From assembly GCA_050575255.1 (NCBI GenBank), contig JBNZDD010013683.1, positions 2,783,928-2,847,927 of the forward strand: a stretch of 64,000 nt of DNA, read 5' to 3'. The position numbers were made by a program, and so were the translations under genes. The DNA is from Harriotta raleighana. Taxonomy: Eukaryota. The notes beneath the pieces are model-generated. The model was not told where the DNA came from and ran no database searches. It was given only the letters and a program-made list of their open reading frames with translations. Below, piece by piece: positions 1 to 12,525 of this stretch (positions are counted from its first letter, which is position 1; each line of letters starts with the position of its first letter).

Positions 1-405
1 AATTTACATCAAACTAAAATGGTCCTCTCTGCACTTGCTGTTGCACTGCATTTGAAAATAATACATCCAGCATTTAGCGGGCAAGACACTAAAAGTAAGA
101 GGTAGGGCTACAATATTTGCATGCAATAATGGGATCTATTGCAGGGTAGTTTAAGGTGGTACCTCAACTGTGATTGACAAGTGGTTGGACTTGTTGCCAA
201 GGCAATTGGACAATAACATATTGCTTAGGATTGGTTAACTCCTTCCATGCTATGATTTTTTTGTTTTCCCTTCATCGCATTGAACTATTTCTAGGTCTGA
301 TGTAATTTTGTTGTTGTTCTTGCCACCTAGATCCTATTCTGAGCTGTTAATTACGTACAGATAGATATTGTTGGACAGATGATCCAAATTCCAGTATATT
401 GTCTC

Positions 406-725
406 AGTCTTGTCCCAATCAAGGTTCAATCACGCCTTACAAGCGTGAGACCTGTGTTCAAATCCAGGCAGCTCAGGGCGAAAACTTGGGCAAGTTTCCT
501 ACCTCCACACAACTAATAACAATAATCCATCCAAAAGAAACCACAAAAAAAATTGGTCATTACAATCCACGACTATTTGTGGGACACTGCTGTGTGCAAT
601 TGGCTGCTGCGTTTCGCCCACAAATATACAATCAATTCACTTTACAGTATATTCTGTGAAGTGCTTTGAGACGTTGATAAGGTGTGAAAAGTGCAATATC
701 AAATGCAAGGAATATTCTTATTATT
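406..725 (+). mobile_element. tRNA-derived SINE, family A, (ATT)n tail, near full length
   Basis: tRNA-like head (cacgc-cttacaa-gcgtg anticodon arm, B-box gtgttcaaatcc), body tttgtgggacactgctgtgtgcaattggctg, tail aaatgcaaggaatattcttattatt; aligns by eye with more than 10 copies in the window. Confidence 0.9.
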
Positions 726-999
726 AATGTGGTCCAGTTCATTGTTAATAATGTAATTTATAAGTATTCTAGTAATGGAATACTGAAAACTAAATTGAAT
801 TACCTATAAAATGATTACCAACGCTTGCCAATTCATGTATTTTAAAATGTAACAATGTTAATCTGACAAATTTACTTGGGTTACAATAGTGTGATTTCAT
901 TTTCCTTATGCACATCCAGTCTTTAATATTATAAAACAGCCCAAGAAGAAACATCAGTGTCTGTTCATCCAGAATACTTTATAGTCTTTCCATCATTAC

Positions 1000-1125
1000 G
1001 ATGTTGTTAAAATGAGTCCAGTGTCCTGGCGAATCATCCCAGCTGGCTCAAGATAAACTTCCTGTGGCCTGTCCTGAAATTGCCCTTTAAGACTCTAAAC
1101 CTACATCCTCTTATTCTACTGCCTT
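1000..1125 (-). mobile_element. degraded CR1 LINE fragment
   Basis: resembles the antisense CR1 segment at about 51860-51940 (cttcctgtggcctgtcctgaaattgccctt). Confidence 0.4.
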
Positions 1126-2149
1126 CAAACCCCATCGCCATGGTTACCAATGTTGGTGGAAAAGAGCTCCATTCCCTAACATTGACATCCTTTGCTTTCA
1201 AGAACACAAGAATATTTTTTCCTTCTAAAACAAATTGGGTAGAATTCCTTTTTTTTTTAACAAAAAAAATAACGGCTCTGGCTGGCAAAGACTCTTTGAA
1301 AAGCAGTTCAGGGAATTAAGCGGTGGATCTGAGTCCCAATGGCGATCAATGTGATAGATTGCCGTGTAGCTATAGGCCAAGCTTTGCCCTTTATCCTTCT
1401 GTAGCTCAATATTATTGCTTGTTTTTAAGGGGAAAAAAAAACTCTGTTTATTTGCAGTTTTTATATGTACAATATATATGGAATATAAATCTAAATTCAG
1501 CAAGACCAAGATTGAGAGCTAACTTTTAGAAATGGAAGCTCATAAATTCAGGGATCAAAGAATACTTTATTATTTATCGAACTAGATGTGTGGAGGTATA
1601 ACACAATAAGACACTGAGTAATAAGATATACACTCGAGTGGAACAAAGGCGAGAGATGTCAAGAGGATGTGAAAATGGCGAGGCTGGAAAATATATTAAA
1701 ATCCTTTTCGGTGCTGAAATTTAACAGGGTTTTAATTCAGGTAGGGTCGCATCTGGGAGTTCTAAAGAACTGGTGAAAAAGAAACACTTTGATCTTTAAT
1801 GTAAACCGATGTTATGATCTGTTTTATGATTTTATAATTGGTGGGAGTGGGGGCAGCAGACAGAAGCCATTATGGGAAGTCAGTAATTGTTTTTTGTCAG
1901 CTCTACCCTCTAATTTACATTAGTTATTGGAATCATATTTTTGTTTAGTACTAATAAAGCCGGTATCAAACTGTAAAGGTATTTCCTGGATAGGTAATGC
2001 CCGCTTCCTATTCAACCATTTCACGACTAGTGTACAATTACTGAGGAATCTGGTTAGGGAATATTAGGAATTAGATCCTATTATCTTTTAAAATGAGGTA
2101 TTATCAATGAGATGCTGGCTGATGTAGGTGCTTAATTTGTACCAGTGTT

Positions 2150-2247
2150 TTGAAATGCAAGATTGTCTACAAATACAGACATATCTTCACCTACATCTGT
2201 GAAATGTTTTGAGACTTTCAACATGATGTTTATGAATATTATTATTA
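2150..2247 (+). mobile_element. degraded SINE 3' tail
   Basis: ctacaaatac...ctgtgaaatgttttgagac...tattattatt matches the SINE tail. Confidence 0.55.
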
Positions 2248-2399
2248 CGTTGATGTTTTTATTGTTATATTATGAGAATATACCAATAAAAGAGTCCACA
2301 CACCATGTAGTATAAAAGCTTAGCTGGAAGTGAAACTTATTGAATTAAGGAAGGCCGATTAAACTAAAAATGCCTAGAGGGTTTCAGGACCCACAGCAG

Positions 2400-2555
2400 G
2401 AGAGTGTTCAGAGACCTATTTTGTCAGTACCAGCCGCATCTCCCTTCCCCCCACCCCGAGCTGGCTTTTAGCTCTGCCACAGTTAAGCTGAAAACTCTGA
2501 GATGCTACTCGGTGTGGAGCATTCTATATAAATGCAAGTTGTTGTTGTTGTTGTT
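2400..2555 (+). mobile_element. old L2 LINE 3' end
   Basis: C-rich 3' segment then ctatataaatgcaagttgttgttgttgttg tail. Confidence 0.6.
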
Positions 2556-4058
2556 ACCTTCTAGCAACAGGCACCCTTTTGCCTTCTCCCCCGAACTCCA
2601 CTTTATCAATTCCCACTGAAAATATTTTTTTTGACTATTTCATTTTTCAAACCAGTTGCAGAGTTGACGTTTAAAACCTTTATTTCCGTTCTTCCCATCA
2701 TTTTTTTTTTTTTTGGGGGGGGGGAAGGGTCAAACACACGACCTTCATACCAGCAGCCAGCTGTTGAGTCTCGTCTCATTCTCCAACCACTCAATTCCCT
2801 TGGGTTACTAGCCCCCTTGGTATTCGTTGTCAGATTGCTCTGGTCTGATATTAAAAAAAACAACAACATCCCATTGGGGTTTATGTTTCGAGCCCCACAA
2901 AAGGGATGTGTAATTAGTGAATCAGGAGCTTTGCTCTGATGCCAATATTCTGTCGGGGACCGAGGTGGAAATCCAGGAGTTTAAAATGAGATTGGCGTCC
3001 GAACGGAGCCTCAGCGAGACACATCTGGCCATGTGCAGCTTTCACTATGTCCTAATCCTTTGGCAAATCGAATGATTTAGACCGATTGTCTCCTCTACAA
3101 ACACTTGAAACCTCATTTAATTCTGTGAAAGTTGTGCCTTTGGTAGAATTCCACAAAGATGGTGCTGGATAAATGCGAACCACACAGATTTAAAGAGACG
3201 CTTGTTCGAGGACGATAGCTTTTGTGCTGCCCTGTTCCTGGCAGCAGCAAAAATGCTGCTTTTTTTTTTGACAATCTGCAATTTTCGCTTTAATGAGACC
3301 AAATAAGATTGATGTCTGCTTACACCAAGGATAATCGCATTTTGAGGTTTACCTTTGATTCGATGCTACGGTTCAAAGATCGCTGAGCCATAATTCCTGA
3401 TTTCCTTAAGGAATTAATGCCCACAAATCAAATTCAATTGAGTCATAATAAATGACAAGGTGGATGGCGATAATGGTCTCTGACTGCTTATTCATTAGAA
3501 TGACTTTACACGTAAAATTAGATGCTGTTTCTCAGTCCGGAAAACCAATTCTTATTTCCATCTATTGCAATATCATTTATGAATCTATTTTAATCAAAAT
3601 GCTTAGAAGCACTTGAAAAATATTTTGTATTTGGCTTTACCTACTCCCTGTACTAGGTAACATAGATCAAAGGTTGAACAGCTGTGCTTAGATGACACCA
3701 ATATTGGATTAATTTCAATATGACATGGCTGTTTTTGCTGGTTGTAGTTAATAAGCCAGACAGGAAATGAAAAATCTCATTTACATGCAACATTGCACAT
3801 GTCTTGCATGTTCATGTGGCACAACATGGAGTTCTATATTTGATCATCTTGGTGTTCATTCCACATGTGTCAGATAAGAAAATATGAGCAATAAGTTTGG
3901 CAGTGTTCATTTCTATTTCACCATTATCAACTCACTCAGAACAACCTAATGAAAAGGGAGCTAGGCATAGATGAGATTGAGATTTAAGCGAATTCTTAAT
4001 AGGGAAGTTGGAAGTACGTCACACTGATTCACAGGAATATGCACCAAAACTATCTATG

Positions 4059-4266
4059 AGGTGTCAGTCTGCCTCAGTTGGTAGGTCTCTGGCCTCTCTG
4101 AGTCAGAACGTTCATAGCTGTTTGTGAAGCATTGCTATGCCCAATTGGCTGCCATGCTTGCCTACAAGATATTCAGCCACTTCACTTTACAGTTGTGTCT
4201 CATGAAGCACTTTAAGACATCCATTCAGCATGAGAGACGCTACATCAAATGCAAAGATTATTATTT
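4059..4266 (+). mobile_element. DeuSINE-type element with internal deletion (head joined to tail)
   Basis: head gtgtcagtctgcctcagttggtag...ctctgagtcagaa like 55191, followed directly by tail gctgtttgtg...caattggctgcc...aaatgcaaagattatt. Confidence 0.75.
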
Positions 4267-4968
4267 GTGTTACTTTCACAGTTACTTTCCTGAATGTAGG
4301 CATGACATATATTCAAATGCTAGAAGATATTGCCTCCTGATTTTCTCATGAAAGAATCCTGTTAGCAAACCCCTGCGTACGAGAGCTGTTGTTTATGAAT
4401 TGATTTAGGTATTAATAGACTTTTACGTTTGTTTCGGTAAAGACCACAACATGGAGAGCAAAATCCTCCCCACAGAGAAATTTGCAGTGAATAACAGTAT
4501 GATGATACTGTAGTGTTGACTTGGTTGAATGTATTCTGCTTTTGGGTTTTTTTGGGGGTGGAGGTGAGGCTGATAAGATTCCATAATGCTTGACAAATGT
4601 AAAATGAAAATAAGATCATTATTGAATCAATATGAACACTGTGGATCTCTGTCAAAACCCTGCTCGGAATATTGATTTTTTGGACTCTGAACTTTTGCTT
4701 GCGAATGGACACTTGTAATGATTCTGCCCACGCCCAGCATGAGTAATGATCATTCTTACTTCAAACTTGTTTTCTGAGAAGTTTCATTTTGTCACAGGGT
4801 GTCGTGATGTTTTTAACATGAGCGGTAACTGATTTATATAATTAGAGATCAGGGAATGGGGGCTTGAGATCCAATTACAATAATCAGTGAAACAGCACAG
4901 GTTTGAATGTACTGTACATTGAAAATTCCTAGCACCCACCCACTCACCCATCCACCCACCACATTTCA

Positions 4969-5450
4969 GGTGTCAGCCTGGCTCAGTTGGTAACACTCTT
5001 GCCCCTGAATTGGAAGTTGGTGAGTTCGATGTGTGCTGTGTCATGTCGGGCCTTTGAGCTAAGGTCAAGTATTCCACTCCAATGCAGTGGTGGGCAGCTG
5101 CATGTTGATTTAACAATGAACTTAGTTTCATTTATATTTTTCAAGCTCTATCGAATCTTACCCCCACAAAAAAAATAGCAGAATACATTCAAGCAAGTTA
5201 ACATTTTCATCAGACTGTTAAACATGGGGAGGATTTTGCTGATCATGCTTATGTTTGGGTTGACACAAAACAAGGATTGCCTAGTTAGATGGGAGTAAAA
5301 GAAACTATGGCAGTACTCAAAAAGACGAGGGAGTTTCTCCTTGTATCCTGGCAAAAGAATCCCAAAGGTAAACATTGGTCATTCACTTGATTGCTGTTTG
5401 TGGCATTTTCATGCATTTGTGTACAATGGTACAGTCACTCCATTCTGCAG
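4969..5450 (+). mobile_element. DeuSINE-type element interrupted by an insertion of about 170 bp
   Basis: head gtcagcctggctcagttggtaacactcttgcc and Deu start at 4969-5110; remainder (gagggagtttctccttgtatcctggc, ggtcattcacttgattgctgtttgtgg) resumes near 5285. Confidence 0.65.
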
Positions 5451-6520
5451 TAAACAGATTGGGAATATTCAATAAAATGAGAAGTTGAAGAAAATTGAGG
5501 TTGTTATTCAACTGAAGGATATCATAATACTGTAATGCAGTCGATTTCACAAATAATAAACAGTCTAATAAGCAAGGCTCTCCTTCAGTCTATCATCGTG
5601 ATTCCACTGCACTTCGTGTTCACTTGCTACGATACCTCTGAGGTTTCAGTCGTGATAACACTGATATTCTAAACGTTCAGCCCTTAAAGAATTTGCTTCC
5701 AGCTGTCACCGCAGCTCAGCATAACTTCACCTTGAAAATGTCAGGCGTTTTTTTAAAACACTCTTTCAAACAATAGATCATATCAGCCTGATGTTTTTGA
5801 TACGGAAAATCAATCTTTAAGCATTCTGTGAAATTATTTGTGCAATTTGTTGCCGAGGATAACATTAACTACATTTTCTGGTGAGTGCACGCAACACGAC
5901 ACCCACGAGCTCACAAGTCATTTGGATCACCTGTGGGTGTTTTGTCTTGTTTCCAGTAATTGCTCTGTTACAGACTTCCCAACATCAGTGAGGCCGTTAG
6001 ATTATGGTACGTCCTTTGCAAAATAACATATTGCCATGATTTTGAATACAGGCAATTGCAAACATTATTTGGGAGGGTACAGGTTTATGTATGAAAATAA
6101 CGACCCCCATGATTAATAAGTGGTTAGGTTTTTCATTATGACCGGGACAATTAACCATCATTCTTGTCTTGTTTGCAACGAGAGGAAAGATTTATGACGC
6201 AGTGCATTTCTCCTGGTAGTAAAGTGAGTCATTTAGGTCCTACTTCCACTTTCAGTGGGGACAGCTACAGAAATCACTTGCAGTTTTCTGTCTCGCTGGT
6301 GAACCATTAAAAGGATAAGAGGTAATATTGGAGGAATTTAAAATTTGACCACTTCGCTTGATTTAGTCCTTTCTTCTCACCATAATATTGCTCAAAAAAC
6401 TTAAGCTTTTTATGAGGCAGCCATCACCAATGCTAACTAAGTGTGGAGATATATAGCTGATAATATATTACAAATCTGAAATCTTTGTTACTGTACCTAA
6501 CTGGTACAACTTCATCTTGG

Positions 6521-6817
6521 AGTATTGTAGCTCAATGATTAGAGCACTCGTCTTACAAGTGAGGAATCTGGGTTCGAATCCAGGTAGGACAAAGCCTTGG
6601 ACAAGTTTCCTTACTCCTCAAGCCTGATAATAATTCCTCAAAAAAAAGAAATTAGTCATTTTAATCCATTACTTGTTTTTGGGACATTGGTGTGTGCAAT
6701 TGGCTGCCGGGTTTCACCCACATATACACAGTCAATTCACTTTACAGTATATTCTGTGAAGCGCTTTGAGATGTCTAGAAGAGGTGAAAAGCGCTACATC
6801 AAAGGCAAGGATGATAA
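6521..6817 (+). mobile_element. tRNA-derived SINE, family A, full length
   Basis: A-box-like tagctcaatgattagagc, B-box ggttcgaatcc (6571-6581), conserved body, 3' stem agcgcttt...aaagcgct. Confidence 0.92.
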
Positions 6818-6994
6818 AGAAGAGTAAACTAACTTAGTCTTGACTCTGCCCAGTCTTTTTCACTCATCTCTTGCTACGGAACTCTCTCTAAACTGGTTGA
6901 AAGAGCATTGACCAGTTTTATTGATGAATTCTCTATTTGCTAATCCTGTCACCCTTTAGTGTGATCGCTGTGTTGCTCTACGTGCATCTGTAAC

Positions 6995-7075
6995 AGAATC
7001 AGAATCAGAATCATGCTGGAAATACACAATAAGTCAATTAGCATCCACAAGAGAGGGAGAGAGAGGGAGACACAT
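6995..7075 (-). mobile_element. degraded copy of the Penelope-derived short element
   Basis: cagaatcatgctggaaatacacaataagtcaattagcatccacaagagag resembles the reverse complement of 55950-56010. Confidence 0.45.
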
Positions 7076-7399
7076 TGGTGAGAAAGGAACAGCAGTGAAA
7101 TGCTGGTCAGAACATTATTTTATCCAATTTAATGCACATTTTTAATTGGGATGTGAAAGACTGAAATATGTACAGTTGTTAACAGATACGAGTGTTAAAT
7201 CTAAGGAGACAATTTAGGATCATCTAAGCTTGCCGGCTTCAACTTGCTGTTATCTGAACTCTTTTGCCTTGTTTACAGGATGAAATGGCGTGTGCTTGCC
7301 CTGAAGACACATCTTTCCACTCTTCGAAGTTTATTAGGCTGCTGGTTGGATGCTAATCACCATTGAATCGTGTATTTGTTGTTGCTCGTTTATTTCCTC

Positions 7400-7492
7400 A
7401 ACTCCCACCTCCAGCTCAATTGCCCATCCAGAATGTCAAGCATTTTGGAACTTCCTCCCGGTGTGAAAGCCGCTATGTGAATGTGTCTTGTA
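7400..7492 (+). mobile_element. degraded L2 3' end
   Basis: caagcattttggaacttcctcccggtgtgaaagccgctatgtgaatg matches the L2 terminal stem-loop. Confidence 0.6.
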
Positions 7493-8426
7493 CTTTAAAA
7501 TCCTAATTCTCAATTGGAGCTTGTGCACAGAGTTTGATGTTTACAGGCCCATTTATACAGCTTTTATGCGGTCTAATTTCAATTTGGGCCAGGCAAAAAA
7601 CCATCCATCCTCTGAGTTTATAGACTGTTTTCTCATTAGGGCTAATGTGTGGAGTCTTGTTCCAACGTAGATGAAAACCAATTTGTCAAATCCCCCTCTA
7701 CCTATCCACCCACCCACCCACCACTAAGACATCACACATGATACGTCTGGCAGGCACAGTAAAATGTGAGCACAGCTGTGCCCATTCCAGAGTCCGCTGA
7801 AAAATGGTGCTGACACACGTACGGGTAGAGGATGTAGATGTATTTTGAAAGCTGCAGAGGAAATCAGTTCTTAAAGAGCAACATTTCACACTCTTCTTCA
7901 GAGAGCTCTATTCTCCTGATCAAAGGTAAAGAAAGAAAAGAAGGAAACAAAAGGCCAGAGATGCTCACATGTTAGGTACAAGTATTGAGCTTACAATAGC
8001 AGCGTAGTCTACATACTACAATGGTTCATGTACTAAGATATTAACTCGTCTCCCAGCAGAGAGCCACAGCCAAATTGTTGTTTCCAAATTTCTAATCCAC
8101 GTAGCAGTATTATCCAATTAACATTCTGCATTTAGTGTTCCTAGGTTGCAGTGACAGTAATAATAGCACCAAGGCCATTTTTGGGGGGTGAGAAGAGTAA
8201 CAGTTTGTCGTTTTGAAATATCAGATTTCTACTTATAAATGCACTGAAGAGAATCCTTGCGTAGAGCAAAATAAGAAGCAGATGCTTATTAATCGAGTGC
8301 GTGTGAATAATGATGGGGCCATGTGTAGTTCACATATCATTAGCTTGCGAGCAAGTGTTTTCATTCCAATACAGTGTTACATTAATCGTTGAACATGCAG
8401 TTTATGGGTTCCATCAATGTGCAACC

Positions 8427-8505
8427 TCAGTAGTGATGATTTACGTTCATGCTACTAATTTTATTATCCACATATGCTGAGTCTCAAAGGGATCGGTCTG
8501 ACTGA
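8427..8505 (+). ncRNA. candidate orphan box C/D snoRNA
   Basis: box C GTGATGA 8433-8439, box D CTGA 8498-8501, terminal stem TCAG/CTGA in kink-turn register; no clear C' box. Confidence 0.25.
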
Positions 8506-9299
8506 ATTCAAAGATGATCCAGTCATGATGTTTCCATAACAACGTGAATATATATGTATGACTTAGATTCTCAGAACAATTGTACCTGTTCCTAATTCAT
8601 GTGTGAACTTTCGAAATCTTGAAGTTAGGCGAAATGAAATGTATGAATCTTAGACTGCGGAGGGATAGCAGCAAGTGTTTTTTTGGTTGGAGAATTTTTC
8701 AATCAGCGCTAAGCTGCTTAAAGTATTTAAGGTTTTCCTTTGTGGAACAGAACCTCGCCTCTTGCTCTCTGTCACGTCTTTCCAAGCACTATCAATTACA
8801 CATAGACTGTACAACAATGAAAAAGGCCATTCAGCTGAACTAGTCTGTGTCTGTGTTTATACATTACAAGAGCCTCCAGGCCTCCTAATCGCCTCTCCCT
8901 TGCCTTTCTGAATCTCGCTTGCTTATATACGCTTCCTCATGCATACATTTGAGAATCTTATTGTTTAAAATGTGTACTGCCTCTTTGAAGATTACAAAAG
9001 CCTTGCTGATTATCGTCCGGAAATAATGCAAAATCTTACTATTTTGGTACTCAGTTTGAATAAGGTAATGCATGAAAATTAATGAAATTGCTCATTCTTC
9101 CAGATAATCTCCCCCTCCATTGTTCCTCTCTTGATTTTAAGACACTCGCCTGATTTTAAGATTGTCCCAAACTGAAGAAAGTGAGGTAAATTTCCAAATG
9201 TAATCAAAGTCAGACTTTGCAGTTTGCTGAACAAACCTCATAAATCCCGATGAGTCAAAATGCTACAGTATTCCCAATGCAACAGGCTCATTGTGCGTG

Positions 9300-9465
9300 G
9301 ATGAAAAGAAAAAGAGAAGCAGAGAGAATGAGGGGTGAGAGATCAAGCGGGATATAGAAGAGGGACAAGCAACACAGAGAATAAAGTAGAGGAAAAAGAG
9401 AGGAAGTAAGGAAAATGAGGAGAGAGCAATGGGGAGAATGTGGAAGGGAGGCGAAAGGGAAGACA
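9300..9465. repeat. purine-rich low-complexity tract
   Basis: about 165 bp of mostly A/G. Confidence 0.8.
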
Positions 9466-10110
9466 AATCCTTTGTTCTTTCCCAAGAGCTCCTTACACAA
9501 CTTGCTGGTTCCATCTGCAGACAATATTACAGACATTCAGACTGAAAATGCAGATGATCTGCGATATGTGTAGAATTTTGCACGGGGATTTGGAATGTAT
9601 CTCTAGATAGCTTCACTCTGCTGGCAGCTGTGAAAGTGACTGCAGCGCTCAGATTCTATGGCATTGATACTTTCCAGGCCTTTAACTGTGACCCAACAAG
9701 TATCAGCCCATCCATCATGTGTACTTGAAGATGACAGCTACATTGATTAATTGTGCAGGTCATTACGTTGGCTTCATTGTGACCCAGGAGGAACAAGAGC
9801 AATTTACACAAGTGTTTTATAATGCAGTATTGCTGGTTTTCCAAGTGCCTGAGTGCAATTGATTACACGCATTTGAACTGTCAACTCTTTTGCAGAGTTT
9901 AGGCCAGTGCGATCGGAAGCAATTTCATTGGAGGTAATTTGTGACACCCACAATATAATTGTGCCATGCGTTGTTTGATTATCATGAATCAAAATCCTTC
10001 AAACTGTCTATATCCTTTCTACAGGAAACTGAAGATACAAGTGAGTGTTTGTGGGGAGAGGTGCATTCCCTCCTGTAAGGGATGACTTTTTAAAAACAAT
10101 TGCAGGAAAG

Positions 10111-10180
10111 TGGGTGGTGGAATGAGTTGGTGAACCGGCCTTTCACCTCAACGATTTGGGTTGAAGTCCAACTCATGAAA
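10111..10180 (+). mobile_element. old tRNA-derived SINE head, LF-SINE-like
   Basis: tgggtggtggaatgagttgg...gcctttcacctc...tgggttgaagtcca; similar to the minus-strand head at 49700-49752. Confidence 0.35.
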
Positions 10181-10250
10181 TACTCTCGCTATAGTTAGTC
10201 AGAATCTAACATATGGCACATACGCAGAGTTTCAACCCTATACCTAATAA

Positions 10251-10553
10251 AAATAATTCTTGCTTTGTTATATATCGTCTTATCATGTCTCCGAGAAATC
10301 TCAAAGCTCTCCATAGAATATACTGCAAAGTTAATTAACTGTATATTTTGTGAGCGAAATGTGGCAGCCGATTGCACTCAGCAGTGACCCACAAACAGGT
10401 GTGGATCGAGTGACCAATTTTTTTTGGAAGGAATTATTACCCTCCGCCAGGTAAACAGAGACATGTGGAGTAAGGAAAGTCGACCAACATTTCACCCTGC
10501 CTGGAATTGAACCCAGGTTTATAACTTGTGAGGTGAGTGCTCTAACCAGGACC
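10251..10553 (-). mobile_element. SINE family A, near full length
   Basis: reverse complement has head agagcactcacctcacaag, B-box gggttcaattcc, body and tail. Confidence 0.88.
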
Positions 10554-10720
10554 CCACAGCATGCCATGCGTTAGCAGCACAAAGCAGTCCATATAATTAT
10601 GGACTTATATGTGAACAAATGACAATTTTATTTTGCTGGGCTATTAACATGAATGTGTTGGAAGTAAAAAGACTTTTTCCAGTTCAATATGGGTTGTCCT
10701 TCTGGGCTGGCGGTAATAGA

Positions 10721-10859
10721 TGCTTTGAGACTTCCCGAAGACATGATAAGGCCTATATCAAATGCAAGTATTATTATTATTATATTATTATTACTTCAGC
10801 ACCTTGGGACATCCTCCTTACGTGAAAGGCGCTCTATGAATGTTATTTTGTTGTTGTTA
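10721..10859 (+). mobile_element. SINE A tail followed directly by an L2 3' stem-loop tail
   Basis: gctttgagac...aaatgcaagtattattatt then cagcaccttgggacatcctccttacgtgaaaggcgct...ttttgttgttgtt. Confidence 0.85.
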
Positions 10860-11316
10860 CTGAGGCAGACACAAACCTCTATAATCTCCTTGTTGTATAT
10901 ATGATGGGTTTGCATTGTTGACCCTACCTCAATAAGTGGTCCATTTCCAACAATGATGTCCTTCAACTTGACAAGTTCAGTAATCCATTTATCACTAGGT
11001 TACACATTTAGTTTATTTAGCGAAGAAAGGTAGGAACTGAACACTGGCCTCATAATTCTTCCTCTAAATCAACAACTGGATGTGGAATCAAGTCTAGGGT
11101 TGATATATTGCTCTACCTATGAGGCAATGAAACAAAACATTAACAAATTGCCTATAGACTTTAGGTGATTGATCTGGTTGTGTCTGCAATGCTATCCTTA
11201 ATTTTATCAGATCTGTGCAGTATGTAATATTGTATGTTTGTCATTCTCTATTTAACTTTGGTAGCTGTTCCAAATGATAAAGTAGATACTTGTGGGAAAG
11301 GGCAGCTGGGCTGATT

Positions 11317-11378
11317 CAGTGCCTTGGGACTTCCTCCTGAGACGAAAGGCACTGTACAAATGTAATTTTGTTGTTGTT
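11317..11378 (+). mobile_element. L2 3' terminal fragment (about 60 bp)
   Basis: cagtgccttgggacttcctcctgagacgaaaggcactgtacaaatgtaattttgttgttgtt. Confidence 0.85.
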
Positions 11379-12387
11379 ATGTACAGGTGGCACACCTGCA
11401 GAACAAGCATTAAAAAGTTAAAACAGTATACATTTCAAATTTGTACGAATTCACAACCAAACACAGTAAGGATCTGTAACTCATGCACTTATTCAGACAC
11501 ATCAGTATTTCTGTTTCCACCCTATCATTGATCATCTTGCAGTCCAGCTCCCACAACCATCTGCCCCCCCCCTCAATGCCCTCTGGTTTGGCAGTTTTGT
11601 GGTGTTCTCTGTAGTTACCCAATATTGTCCTTCTCACTATTTATTGATATGGACATCATTAAAGTTCTTCCTCCAATATTTACCCTCTTATTGTTAATCT
11701 GGGGGATGTGCAATGATCTCACTTGCAATTACTTCTAACTTCCATACGAGAGTGGTGTCCTGTTTTGAGTGCCAAAATGTTTATTTTAATTTTTGTCACC
11801 TCCTCAACCAGGAGGTTGACTTCACATCACAGATTTTCAGTATCTCTCAGCAGTTGCTTCTGTTTCAGTCATCGTTTTGGAATGATTCCCGTAGAGCAAT
11901 TGCATGGTGCACATTTAAATAAGGGTCGCTCATCATTTGCATGGGGGTTATTATGCATTCAAATGAAATTAACATGGGGAGTTGATTGTCTCCCGCAGAA
12001 TTACTTCAAAACTAATTGTGTTGTAGCAGAAAATTGAGAAACAAAATTGTAGTATGGCACAAATGTGAAGCGTTTCAAAAATATTTTTGCCAAATTGTGG
12101 TATTTACAACAGGAAAGGGGAAGGGGAGATGGAATCAGAAAGATTAGAAGCAAATTGTGACTTAAGAAGCTCAATATAATTTTGCTAAAAAAAAAGATTC
12201 AACAACAAAAAATTAAGTAAACTTTCAGCCTTTTACTTTGAGGATATCTCAAAGCACTTCAGATAACTGACTGGGAGTCTAAAAGAAGATGTTGGGGAAC
12301 CACAGCATCACTGGTTCCTTTGAGACCCAGTAAGACTTGGACAAATGCTCTTACCTGTCATGCCTGCTATGTGTTAACAAAGCCTTA

Positions 12388-12525
12388 TAATAATAGTAAT
12401 AATTCTTGCATGTGGTATAGTGACCTTTAACATTATTGAGACATCTGAAAAGCATATACCAGAATTTACTATCAAGTTTACTGATTGTATAGTTTGCATG
12501 CGAATGCAGACTTAATATGACCAGA
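12388..12525 (-). mobile_element. degraded SINE tail
   Basis: ataataatagtaataattcttgcatgtggtatag antisense to the SINE tail. Confidence 0.5.

Noticed and set aside
6521-6590. tRNA gene calls for SINE heads
   Set aside because: No proper acceptor stem or terminator, and all continue into the SINE body.
10795-10815. RE1/NRSE-like TTCAGCACC..GGACA
   Set aside because: Non-canonical 3-nt spacing, poor right half-site, and it is simply the L2 tail.
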